The translations under genes were made by a program, and so were the position numbers. A DNA stretch of 63,034 nt, counting the filler, from Gonapodya sp. JEL0774 (lineage: Eukaryota), in the NCBI GenBank assembly GCA_027604505.1. It is 18 parts of 18 records of this genome, joined end to end, with 100 filler letters (N's around TTAATTAATTAA, not from the genome) between each part and the next. Parts side by side here need not be neighbours in the genome. Positions count along the whole stretch, not along the records: positions 35,137 to 38,540 come from JADIIX010001310.1; positions 38,641 to 42,044 come from JADIIX010001311.1; positions 42,145 to 45,548 come from JADIIX010001312.1; positions 45,649 to 49,050 come from JADIIX010001313.1; 14 more parts are not named here. The stretch is one strand, 5' to 3'. Shown in pieces: positions 35,137 to 46,702 of the stretch. Numbering within the stretch: position 1 is the stretch's first letter; every line of letters starts with the position of its first letter. The notes under the pieces are model-generated. The model made no database searches. It was not told where the DNA came from and worked only from the letters and a program-made list of their open reading frames with translations.

Positions 35137-37052
35137 TGACGTCGGCGAAGTGCCCAAAGACTGGAATTGCCAGAGCTCCTGCAGCCTACAGTGCACACAG
35201 ATGACAGTAGTATCAGCGAATATTCCGAATCCTACTTATCAAAAGTGTGAATCTCACATAGACAGGGACAGTGAGGAGCTGAGCGTTCGTGGAGGTGTAT
35301 CCCATCGCCTTGATTACAGTGGGCATGCTGTATCGATGAAATGTATTCAGAATTAAGATCAGCTGACGCTTTCAAGTTCACCAAAAGCAGATCCACTCAC
35401 TATGACGAGTTCGCGTAGCTGGAGTTGTTCCAGAAGAAGTAACCTAGAACAGATTCGCGGGTGAAATACTGTAGGGCGCTTCTCTATCGTTTACGATCAC
35501 CTTACTCACTGAAGGTAAACGCCCACACCCTCAAATCTTTGAACATTGCCCAATAGTCGTGTGCAACAAAGGTTTTGCTAGTCTCTTTGATGTCGTCCTT
35601 GGGCAGACGGTTGATAGCGATGTACTTTTCCCTCTCGTTCAGGAACCAGGCGTTGGACGGGTAGTCCGGGAGGTAGAAGAGGGTGACAACGCCGAGAAGG
35701 ACCGAGGGAATTCCTTCAATGATGAAGATCCACCTCCAGCCAGCGACGCCGCCCTTCCTGTCCATGTAGGCAATGGCGGTGGCCAAGAGACCGGAACTAC
35801 ACGCAATATCGTGGGTGATTATGAGACAAGATCTCGATCTTTCACAACAGTGCATCTTCAAGAGTTACTCACAATGCGGATGCCTGCATTATCAAATTCA
35901 AGAATCCACCACAACCAAGATCAATAAGTTATCTGCATTTTCGAGCGTAGATTTCCTGGTGCTCACCGATGGGGACATTGTGTAAAGCCAGGATACACGA
36001 CGAGCGCGCTCGAAAGGACGGTAGAAGATGATGAAGTAGAAAGTCATACCCTTTTGCAGCAAATCATATTCACATCTTGAATGATTGTGCGGGTCAGGAC
36101 ATGATCAAAGACAACAGAAAACTCACGGGGAAGAAACCAGCTTCGGCGACACCAAACAGGAATCGCACGGCCAGCATTCCCGCGTAGTTTTGGACCGCAC
36201 CGAGGCACATGGCGAAGATACCCCAGGTAATGAGAATACGAGCGAACCATTTGCGTGCTCCCCAGTGTTTTCTGAGTGTGTTGACGATGCAGCGATCGTG
36301 TGTTCAGAATTCCGGTTCTTGACCTGCACATTAAATTTCTACACTCACAAGAAGAAGTTGCAAGGGATCTCGCCGATACAGTAACCGAGGAAGAAAATGC
36401 CGAGGGCGAAGTTGTAATCAAGCTGAGAATAGCGTTAAAATCAGTATGAGGACCCCCTTCACGGCGGAAAGATGCACCAAACATACTTGACTCATGTTCA
36501 AACTGACGGTGATCAATGAGAAAAGCAGAGTTTCGATAAATCGATGGGGCGATACGCAGCTAAAACCAGATTCACCCACTCGTAGAGCATACCGGACTCT
36601 TTGGTGTCAGTGTTAGCAACTTTTGCGTTCCCCATGTTTCCACGATCAAGATCTACATTCGGAAGGAAAAAGAAGACATATATGTAACTATATATATATA
36701 TCCAACGACGAAAACGGACCGGCCGATTGTCCCACAGTTCACTCACAGTTTGCGAGGTAGAGCAAACATACGAATGGCCTGAGCATTGTTCGATTCAGAA
36801 TACATTAGATTCTTATTTGTGTAGCGCAGTAGCTCCAAGAACGAGTGAATCTATGTCGCCGCACTCACATGATGTAACGGTCGAGTTTCGAGACCACTTT
36901 CGCCTCCTCCTCTACCGTCCAAGTGTCCAGTTCTTCCCCTCCGTCGACTTTCAGCGCTAACCTAGAATGAGTACGGATCGCATGAGGGTGACCACACTAC
37001 TTCAATTATCGTGCAATGAAGCTCACTCTGTCGTCTCGTCCTTCACGTCCAT
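35137..37052 (-). CDS. MFS anion:cation symporter (Dal5/Tna1-like), 3' truncated
   Basis: LDRGNMGNAKV, SSGLLATAIAYMDRKGGVAGWRWIFIIEGIPSVLLG, LPDYPSNAWFLNEREK; many short introns; probable ATG at 37052. Confidence 0.92.
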
Positions 37053-38245
37053 GGCTGAAGTTACCTCACTTGAACAATTCGTCTAAAGTTTCGCGGGGGA
37101 CTGCGCTCACAAGAAGGAAGCAGAAATGAGTCGTCTCTCAACGAAAAAACCGGTTTCACGGGCCTTTTTATGTGTGTCCTAAACGGGTCCCTAATTATCC
37201 AGGAGTTCATATCCTATATATTGTCTCCCTCGCAGCTTTTGACGCCCACCCAAAAATAACCGGTTTCTCGTCCCGCGTCTGGCATCTTTTGTCGCCCATT
37301 GGTGAACGTTGTCACATTTTCTCGTGTGGTGTTGTGCTGTCGCTCCCTTGGTGAAATGAAAGAAGGTATCACATATTGGCACAACTATTTTACCTCTCGG
37401 AGAGCCCGGAGTGTGGCGAATCTCCAGTTCAAAATTATATCCATCCACCCTTACAGTACTGCTTCATCTGCTTCGGTATCTTTGAGCTAAAATGCGCCCA
37501 TCTATGCCAAGCAGCGTGCCAGAGCAAGCTTTGGAAGGAGGGGACGAAAACAAACAAATAATCGCCCCTCTGCTGGACCCTGACATGGCAAGCGGGGGGT
37601 ATGGCCCCGCAGGGAGACATGAAAAGGCATCAAGACAGAGATACTGCTCTCTAAACGGATCACCGTATTACATATGGTTCGACTCTGTATTGAAACAAAG
37701 GGTGCCCATTCCGCTGCCCTCTCTTGATTTCGGTGGCAACGGACCGAAGAAGTTGCTTTCTTCACGAGATCATATATCGTTGCGAGCTACATGTATCATG
37801 TTTGATCGAAAGGAAGCAGATGAGGGTGTCCGTACAAGGTCATTCTGAGGAAGAACACCCAGCTTCGAATCCTTGAGCGACTGTGGCGTTCGGTACAGAA
37901 AATTTCGTATTACGAATAAGGTGCTTCTAGCTTATCTCGCAAGCTTGCTTCTGGCGGATCTCCAGCGACTGTACTGATTTACATGAACACGGTTAGCGGC
38001 ATAATTTTCACCAGCTGACGTGACCCACATTCCACGCATCCCGTCCAGAGCATATCATCTACAGCGTATTGAGTCGTTTCAGCTGGGTAGCATTAAAATT
38101 TTGTAGAGTAAGCTTGTGCAAGAGAATCTGAGACATTTATATGCACGTGTCATGACCACTGTTTCAAGCTCACTGAGGCGGCCGGGCCCATTGATGCGAA
38201 AATCTTTGGAAACGATCATCAGCATTTTCCTTTTCTCTGATTGAG

Positions 38246-38540
38246 ATGGAAACACTCCCGCCTGAAATACTCCACCGCATCTTCCGTCTACTCCCTCCCA
38301 CGTCGTTCACTCACTCATTCCCCGAATCTCTCGAAAGCTTCAGCACACCAGCCTGGGGGCCATTCCTGGCTGTCCTGCGCACACCGTCAGTGTTGAATAT
38401 GACCTCGAAGTTGACAAGACCGGGTTTTCGGTTTCGGGCCGGTGTACCGAATTCGGTGTACGACCGGACGCGTTCCATCTCATTCACTGCCCGGAAACGG
38501 GAACGCCCATATGGACTGCTTTGATAATGATAATCACCAT
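38246..38540 (+). pseudogene. F-box-like family member with a 1-bp frameshift near 38310
   Basis: METLPPEILHRIFRLLPPTSF, then in the -1 frame LIPRISRKLQHTSLGAIPG...PIWTAL, aligning with LLPVVSRRVRAATEGALPG...RVWTAV of the gene at 46703. Confidence 0.65.
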
Positions 38541-38864
38541 NNNNNNNNNNNNNNNNNNNNNNNNNNNNNNNNNNNNNNNNNNNNTTAATTAATTAANNNN
38601 NNNNNNNNNNNNNNNNNNNNNNNNNNNNNNNNNNNNNNNNTGACGGTGATCTCATCAAGATACTGAGAACTCAAGTACGTATAGACATGGCTTCGATATT
38701 TCACTTGTAAGGGAATGCAAAATGACTTCGACCACTCCTGCGCTCAGGTACACGATCTTGAGAAGGAGAGATCAGCGCTTCTCGCGAGGGCCATCTTTGC
38801 AGAGGCAAAGCTGAAAGAAACAGCCAGAAACGTACCAAAATTCATAAATTAAAAGAATCGAACA

Positions 38865-39610
38865 CTATTTGTCCAGCATCTCCTTGATGAAGCTCACGAA
38901 ATCGAAGCGGTCGCCCATCGTCCCCGAGTGTGCTTGGATTGTCTTTACGAACGTTCATTACGAAGCCATGTGCAGTAAAAATCACATTGTGGATGGCGAG
39001 AGTGGTTCGTGGTCGCATCCGTGCTGCTTCTCTTGCACGAATCTCTGACTCACACTTGCGATTAAGTCATCCGCATCCTCCACACTCATCCTCTTGTCCT
39101 TATCCCCATGTAGCACAAGTGCTTGCACGAGTGCTTGTCTCGTAACAGTGGTAGATGGGCCCCCACTGTCTGAAAACAGATTGAAAGCTCGATTGATTTC
39201 GGTCGATGTGTGGGGGAGAACAAGCTTTCTGGACATGGCGTCCACGAATGAGGAGAAATCGATTTCACCAGTATTTTGGGAATCGATTTCGTGGACAAGG
39301 GCGTCGATTTCGGCCTGGGAGTGGGTGGTTAAGGTGGTGCGAGCGGATTAGGTTTCAACTGATCCCGTAGTGCCTACTTTTGATGCGCGCAAGCCAAGAG
39401 TCTTCATTAGATCCGCTAGTTCCTTATAAATGATAGTCAGCAGGCAGGTAGATCAGTTACCATCACTGTCAGTGTTGCTCAAACGCGACGGGGGCGTCGC
39501 CGGCGTTTTTAAAAGTCTCTCACTTCCTTGGATATTGTTCCGCCTCCATCAGCGTCCACGAGACTGAAAATCTCTCGAAGTTCGTCGAGCTGATGCTGAG
39601 AGTTTGCCAT
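38865..39610 (-). CDS. Divergent calmodulin/centrin-like EF-hand protein
   Basis: ELREIFSLVDADGGGTISK|EELADLMKTLG...|AEIDALVHEIDSQNTGEIDFSSFVDAM...INRAFNLF; EF3 and EF4 are degenerate. Confidence 0.85.
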
Positions 39611-40056
39611 TGAGGAGCAGTATGGATCAAAGGCGCTGTCGCGTGGCGTCGTGCAGACCGATCCACCAACGAGAGAAGAGGCTGAAGTACTAAGTTAGCT
39701 TGCGCCGACCACAGCCCGCCTGATGTTAGTCTTCCCAATCTGCATTTTGTATACAAACCTAGTCCGTCGCAAGTGCGCTCTGCACGCTTTATGACGGATA
39801 CTAGAGTGTTGACAGTTTCAAGGAGAGTCCTCACATTTCGAGTGTCAATTCATGCCTCCAACTTCCCCCCGCATGCAGAGACCCGCGCACCCCGTAGTAT
39901 ACATGAATGCCTGAACCTGTGGCGAAATTGGAAAGAAGCACAGTGTTTTGTTCGGGGAGCCGAGGACGTTGCCTCGGTGATCTCACTGGGGTCTCCTAAA
40001 ATATTCGCCACAAAAGGAAAACGCGTCCGTCGCCATCAAATCCAGCTCGGGGAACC

Positions 40057-41622
40057 ATGGTCGCCAGTAGTACTCTGCTTGGAACGCTCGTTCTTGCAGC
40101 ATGTCTCATTCTCCCGCTCGGCGTACATGGAAATGCCCTCCCATCGATTGAAAAGTTTGGACGTGACCTCCCCGTTTGTAGAGCGATCCGCGAAGACTTC
40201 AACGACCCGAACACCATGGTTCCAATCGATTCGGCTTCAATTAGTAGCATTTGGGTCAATGAGCAATGGCCGCTCGATCATGCGAGAATCGAAAATGGGA
40301 ACCTCGTGCTGAAACTTGAACTCATGAATAACTACGTGAACTCGGCCGGAAAGAACGAAGGAACGGGAGCGACAGTTTCATTCAATCCTATGTGGAACAC
40401 AGGAAAAGTTTGCTTTAGTTTGAAGGCATCCCCGGGGAAAGGAGTGGTGGGTTGGCTGAAAGTGGCGTTCCGGGTCTTCAAACTCCCCGAAACCTGAAAT
40501 CCTTCTTTGTGGACAACAACAAGGTCTCTGCGTTCATGGTGTCATCCTTCACGCCGAATCAGCCAATTGATGATAACCTGCTCGTCGAGTGGGTTGGACA
40601 CGGTGAGCTGCCTGCCCTCTTTGGACGGCCACTTCATGCAACTTTGCACTGATCCATTTTTCACCCAGCACAAAGCAACTACTACGCATTCGGCAATGAC
40701 AAGCCTCGAGCAGAGAACTTTGCATTAACCGATTATGCAACAAATTATCACACGTGAGCCTTGCCTTTGAGAGCGGTACTTCGCTTAATAAAGCTCACCT
40801 CCTTCGCGACTTGTATTCTCTCACAGCTATTGCGTTGAGCGGTGCAATACTTTTGTGGCCTGGTCTGTTGATGGCAAGGAAGTTCGACGCATCACGAACA
40901 CGTCGGTCGGCGGTATGGCAAATTTCCCCTACCGCAAAGGGAAGATTGTGTTCAACATCTGGGACGGCAATGCTCCCGGGTACACCACCTGGGCTAGTGG
41001 ACCTACTAGTGAGTATTGAGAGTTCGTTCGGGTGCTCGAACTCAGAAGCTTACAGTGACTAAATATATGATCAGGCTGGACTGACCCCAAAAACCCAGCG
41101 TATCAAATGTACGTTGACTGGGTTGAGGTCTCGTGTGGATGTGCCGGCGAAGCGCAACCCCGTTCTTGTGATACCATCTACGCCTCGTACGTGTCGGGCA
41201 TCAAGCCAACAACCCAAGACTATTCCGACTGGGCTACGTGGAAATGCAGCACGTACTATCCGAGCGGTATTGGAGCTCCCGCACCCCCACCACCACCAGC
41301 AACCGCTAGGAGCTGCGACACGATCTATGCAGCCCATTTGTCAGGTGCTGCAATGACCGCTCAGGATTTTGCTGACTGGGCAACATGGAAATGCAGCACA
41401 TGGTTCCCTGGCGGTATTGTAAGTTCTGGAAGGGAGCTTCGAGCTCACGATCTTGCCGCTAATGATGCTGCGCTTGTTCATAATGCGTTTCAGGGCACTG
41501 GTCCAGTGCGTTCATGTGACACGATTTACACGGCGATCAAGAGTGGCTCACCAAAGACGGCGCAAGATACCACTGACTGGGTGGCGTGGGGTTGTTCTCA
41601 GTGGTATCCGTCGGGGATCTGA
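40057..41622 (+). CDS. Secreted GH16 (Crh-like fold) protein with a degenerate catalytic motif and three C-terminal repeats
   Basis: Signal peptide; IENGNLVLKL, KASPGKGV|VSAF, DDNLLVEWVG, QSNYY, YHT|Y, WSVDGKEVRR, FNIWDG, TTWASGPT, MYVDWVEV; four GT-AG introns. Confidence 0.88.
41161..41619 (+). repeat. Three 37-aa modules RSCDTIY-x4-SG-x3-T-x-QD-x2-DW-x2-W-x-CS-x3-P-x-GI
   Basis: Copies at 41161-41271, 41308-41418 and 41509-41619, separated by a poly-Pro linker and a 30-aa linker. Confidence 0.95.
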
Positions 41623-42916
41623 ACAAGAAGATTTCTCCGAACCTTGTACGATCTAAAACCTACGCGCAGCAACGGAGAGTAGAGACGGGACATTGAAGCA
41701 GCTCATTCGCATGTGAGCTTTTGTTGATGAGTAGATGTTTGGAGTACGTACTACGTCAAAGTTACCGTGAAGTAGTTATGTAGTAGTATGTAAGTGCACA
41801 TCATAGTGATGTATCAACATGTGAGAGTACTGGCAATTGGAGTAGATAATTATCCATCATCCGCTTAACGTGGAAATCCGTCTTACTGGGATTGGGATGA
41901 ATATCTGCAGTTTGTGTTGTTGGTGTTGGGCGGATTTCAGCTGGATGTTCCGATGCGCATAAACTCACAATAGTGGGTTTCAAAGTTGACTGAAATCGAA
42001 TTATAATACGCACATTCTCGGCGACTTAAATATTGGAACATACGNNNNNNNNNNNNNNNNNNNNNNNNNNNNNNNNNNNNNNNNNNNNTTAATTAATTAA
42101 NNNNNNNNNNNNNNNNNNNNNNNNNNNNNNNNNNNNNNNNNNNNATGCGATCTCCCTTGCTCGGAAGCTTGGTGCTGCCATTTTCTGTTCCTTCGAGGAT
42201 ATTCGTGAGTCGGATACGACACATTCTCGCTGAGTACGCAACGGCCTCACTCTTCCTCAATTTGATTCCTGACGTGAATTCCCCCCTTGCCACGTTGTCC
42301 AAAATTCAAATTCTCAACCCTGCAGTGGAGGTGAAGCCCAAAATGATTATGACTTTTGTGGGGAGTTTGTGGGGTGTGGATCGGAAACTGGGGCAGAGTT
42401 GATCCAGAATAAGCGCCACATAGGGAAGTTGTCGATGCGGCTCATGGGTTTGCTGCGCGCGGGTTTGCTCGGCGCCCCTTTGAGTGCGATAGTGTATACC
42501 TCGAGAGCAATCGCACGGATTATGCGAGGTGCGCATTTGTCTCTTGAGGGTTTTGATTGAAGAAGCACATGTTATGTAGTGCTCCGATTTTACTGTAATT
42601 GGAACATTATGAGAATATTCATTGCCGCGAAGACTGACGGATATGATAAGTCACCATAGAACAACGGGACAGTACATTTGCGATATGGGCGAATCACACT
42701 CTGGTCTAGAGTTGATGTAATATTGGAACACTCTGTTGCAACTGTTAATCACGTGGGAGTGTCTGCAACACAAGCCATAGCCTTCAGCCCATGTCTGGTA
42801 GTAGAGCGCAGCGTTTCACAATCTCAGTTGGGCCATAGCTCTCCCCTTTCCTTCAGTCTCCAAGGCACTCCGGCCTTCACAACGCTTCGCCTTTTTGCCT
42901 TCTCTCTCCCACTCTG

Positions 42917-43927
42917 TCATTGACCTTCTTTTGTGGCTGCAGCTGCCTTCTCCGCGATTTTCTTGCGCTCAAGCATCTCGCGAACGAGCGTAAGTCGCGC
43001 CGCCTGAGTCCAAACGGTGTGAGTTAAGCGAATTAAGGATATAGAAAAGTGGTGGAGGAGAGGATTGTTGTCCCACAACGTGGAGGATCGAGAGGGGAGG
43101 TGTATGGAGATGGAGGCGGGAGAGAATTTTGTTTTAAAGGCAAAAGATACCGGTGAGTAAATGGCACCGAGATTCAACGACATCCCAGCAAAAACATCCC
43201 ATGCGTCCAAACTCTGCTTGTAACCAGAATACGCGCGAACTCGCACATTCATAAACGAGCACCGGCCTGGCACATTTTCCAGGGCCAATGGACGGCGCCG
43301 GTGAGAACCTCGACAACCGCAACCCCCGCAGTACCTCCTAACTCAATGACTGAGTCGACTCCATGAAACGGCATGGGACGAAACAACCCGTCTAAGGTGA
43401 GCAGCATGGCGTTCGCTTACACATCGCCAGTGCCGGTATGGCATCTCGCAATTCAAAATTTTGTACGCTAAATGTCCGGGAGACTGAGTCCGGTGTGCCA
43501 ACTGTGCGGCCCTGGCTTGCTACCAGTTGTCGAAGTTTAACTGGCGACGCCAGGATTGCCACCGAGCACGGAAGGTTAACTGCGAACAATTGAAGACCAC
43601 ATTTTTACGAGAGACACGGGTGGGTGTCCCTCTCGGTGGTCTGCCCGTTTGTCTCTAGTGGTTCCTCATGTCGCAACAAACTCCCTCCCGGCTTGCAGGC
43701 ACAAGCCATCCGCACTTTCCATATCGAAATTCATGACATCCATCATCTAGTTGTTCTTCCGTCACCTGGAGACTGACCTCTTTCCTGTGAAACAAGCACT
43801 CCTGGTAGTCTTCGAATTGCAGTCTGCAATCGTCCGGTTTGTCAGCGGTGCCGTAGCATTTCGTGAATTCCTGCCAGTGGGGGAAGCAGCGCCCACGTCC
43901 TCCACGCAGTCCAAATCCGGATGACAT
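42917..43927 (-). CDS. NDUFS5: Complex I subunit NDUFS5
   Basis: MSSGFGLRGGRGRCFPHWQEFTKCY...DCRLQFEDYQECLFHRKE | AARLTLVREML...; twin CX9C; single intron 43004..43777. Confidence 0.93.
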
Positions 43928-44287
43928 ATTGGAAAAGGTTGTATGAGTTATTGGCACAGTGACCAACTGATTCATGAACATGCACAACAAAACATGCTCA
44001 CTTCACAAAATCGCAACTGGTGACTGGGGTACCATAAATGACGACCCACCGTAGATGTAAAGCGTCAGCAACATTAGGGAAGAATTATTGCGGCCGTTTG
44101 TCATGTGAACTTTCATTATTATGAGTTTCTCTTGATTTGCTGCACTCGACAGGACAACATACAATATGAAGAGCTGTGCACTAGTTTATCACATCAAGTG
44201 AAAACAGGGAAGGCTTCTGGTGGGGAAACAGCACATGGCAGTTTGGTCGCCTGCCCGATGGACTAGCTCAAAGGGTCCCCAACGAAA

Positions 44288-45520
44288 ATGATGGGCCACC
44301 ATCAACCCACTTATGCGGCAATACCGAAGCTTTGGGAGCTCCAGGAACGCGATGTTGTGATAACCGACGATATTCTCGGAGCAGGAGGATTTGGCCAAGT
44401 CGTTCGGGGACTATGGCTTCAGCAGGTTCCTGTCGCAGTCAAGATCGCAGCTTTCACAGACAGTTACGACCAAATGGTGAGTTCTCATCTTGCGGCGGGG
44501 TGTTTCGGGTCTGTCGGGTCATGGCAGCCCGTTGGGTATTCTTCACGCTTACGTCACATTGGGAATTGAATACGACAGGATTTTGATAATGAATCTGAGA
44601 TCTGGTACAGTCTGACGCACCCTCGTATTCTTCCTCTCTTTGGTCTTATACGCAAAGGCTCTGAATGGCGGTTCGTATCGCCGATCATGGAAAACGGCGA
44701 TGCAAAAGCGTTTCTTGCTAATATCCCTCCGGGACCGGACCGACAGGCAAAAGCACTTGTTCTTGTAAGCGTTCATGTTGCCTTGGTGAACCTATCAAGT
44801 CTTACCTTGTGTTCGCACCTTCGCGTTCTCATTGAAGCTGAGAGACATTGCCGAAGGAATGGCCTTCCTCCATCAGAAGGATGTGATTCATGCGGATCTC
44901 AAACCCGGTCAAGTTCTCGTAAACAAATACCTTCGTGGTGTTCTGACAGATTTTGGCGTTTCGAAGCTGGAAGCAGGGGTATTGTATTTCAAATAATGCC
45001 GCCTTTGAGTGGAGACTTAATTCGTGTGTCTCACAAACTTTACATAACAGGAATCATCGCTGTCATCGTGTGGTGTTGCGAAAACTGGCACCTCCGCAAG
45101 TCCAAACACTGTCACTGGGAATCGAGCAGGTACGCCGGTGTACATGTCACCTGAACGTCTTCTTGGGGAAGGTACAACAAAAAAGGACGATGTATACGCC
45201 TTTGGCATCGCTATATTTTCTGTCGGTAGAGCGTATTCGTTTCGCACCATGCTTTCGTCCGCCTTCGATCATGTATCTTTATCGCTTAGCTCTGGACGTC
45301 CAGCCCACCGTATCCTCAATTCGATGACCCAGATCTTGATGACTCGACACGCGATCAATTTTGGCTCGAGATCGCCGCGGGCAATCTGCGTCCAGTCCTC
45401 AAACCTAATGCGAATATGCCACCAACACTGCAGAACCTCATGGAGCGATGTTGGTCCCAAGATCCCAAACAGAGACCCGATTTTCGCACCATCTTGCACG
45501 AAATGACACTCTTGGTGTGA
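44288..45520 (+). CDS. Stand-alone TKL-like protein kinase domain
   Basis: LGAGGFGQV, VAVK, HPRILPLFG, IHADLKPGQVLV, TDFG, GTPVYMSPE, DVYAFG, CWSQDPKQRPDF; four introns. Confidence 0.92.
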
Positions 45521-45648
45521 GTGGAAACTGTTGATGAATTTATTGTGTNNNNNNNNNNNNNNNNNNNNNNNNNNNNNNNNNNNNNNNNNNNNTTAATTAA
45601 TTAANNNNNNNNNNNNNNNNNNNNNNNNNNNNNNNNNNNNNNNNNNNN

Positions 45649-46274
45649 TCGTCTTCCGGTGAGAATGCACCAATGGGCAGCGACACGCCGGCGTTGTTCT
45701 GTTCGTGGTGAGAGGTTCAAAGTATCCGTGACCAGAGAGTTCAACACAGTCAATAATGGGAGGACTTACAATCAAGATGTCAATCCCACCAAATTCCTTG
45801 GCAACCTCTTCCACCACCTGCTTTACTCTTGCTTTGTCACTCACGTCGCACGTCCATCCGGTGGCCGCCTTTGGTCCGTGTACTGACCGGATGGCATCGA
45901 CTACCGGGTTCACACCAGCGGACGTCAGATCCAGGCAGGCGACCTGGCATCCCTCATCTGCGAGGCTACGTTAAAGAAACATAGTATGAATTTCGGTCTC
46001 GGCTGCAATCAATCGCCCTCCTATACTCACACGAAAGCTGTTGCACGACCCATGCCACTGGCCTTCCTCATCCCGGAACGAAATCAGCACAGGTACCTCC
46101 ACGCCTTTCGATTCGCGCATGCGATGCTTGAAAACTCACAGCTCCGGTGACAATGGCTTTCTTCCCTTTCAAACTACGCGAAAGTTTCGTCAGTCGCCCT
46201 CCGGAAGCCACTCCGGTCTCGGAACCGGAAAGATGTCCATGTAGTTGGGCAGCGCGGAGGTTTGGAGACGACAT
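45649..46274 (-). CDS. Short-chain dehydrogenase/reductase, 5' part
   Basis: LKGKKAIVTGA|ASGMGRATA (TGxxxGxG), CDVSD, FGGIDILI|NNAG. Confidence 0.92.
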
Positions 46275-46702
46275 TTGAATTGTTTCTGTTGGAGCACCGA
46301 AATGAAAAGTTCTGTGATTTTTGTCGGCTGATTTTCTCCCCGCGCCGACGTGACTACTATCCCTTTAGATAAACAGATAAACGTGCTCACCTGTGCGAAC
46401 AAAGGCTTGAAAACAGATAAAATAAGGTACATTACTTTTTCTCTTGGCTTTCGGTCCGCTCGTGTTTGTCCTGACGGCAGCACCGCGATTGTGTAGCAGA
46501 AGGTTTTCACAGATACGCAGTGACATCACTCATATTACATAGAGCAGAGATAACATTTGGAGATTACAACGCTTTGTCAGGAGAAGGATGTGTCTTCGAT
46601 ACGTGATACGTCTATTTGGGGCCAACACACTCGTGACCAAATTGGATTCATATTACACAACACGTTCCGACACTTCAGCCTTTGTTGTTTTAGAGTTGGA
46701 AA

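Noticed and set aside
37450..37560. MYND-finger remnant (YCFIC...CQSKLWKEG)
   Set aside because: Several ligands are missing and there is no supporting gene structure; may be chance.
43346..43390. Hammerhead ribozyme (…TGAGTC…GACGAAAC)
   Set aside because: The core reads ATGACTGA instead of CTGANGA, and I could not close stems I and III.
43165..43600. Group I intron or telomerase RNA in the NDUFS5 intron
   Set aside because: TTCAACGAC resembles the R element but there is no matching S element for P7; no CTAACCCT template on either strand.
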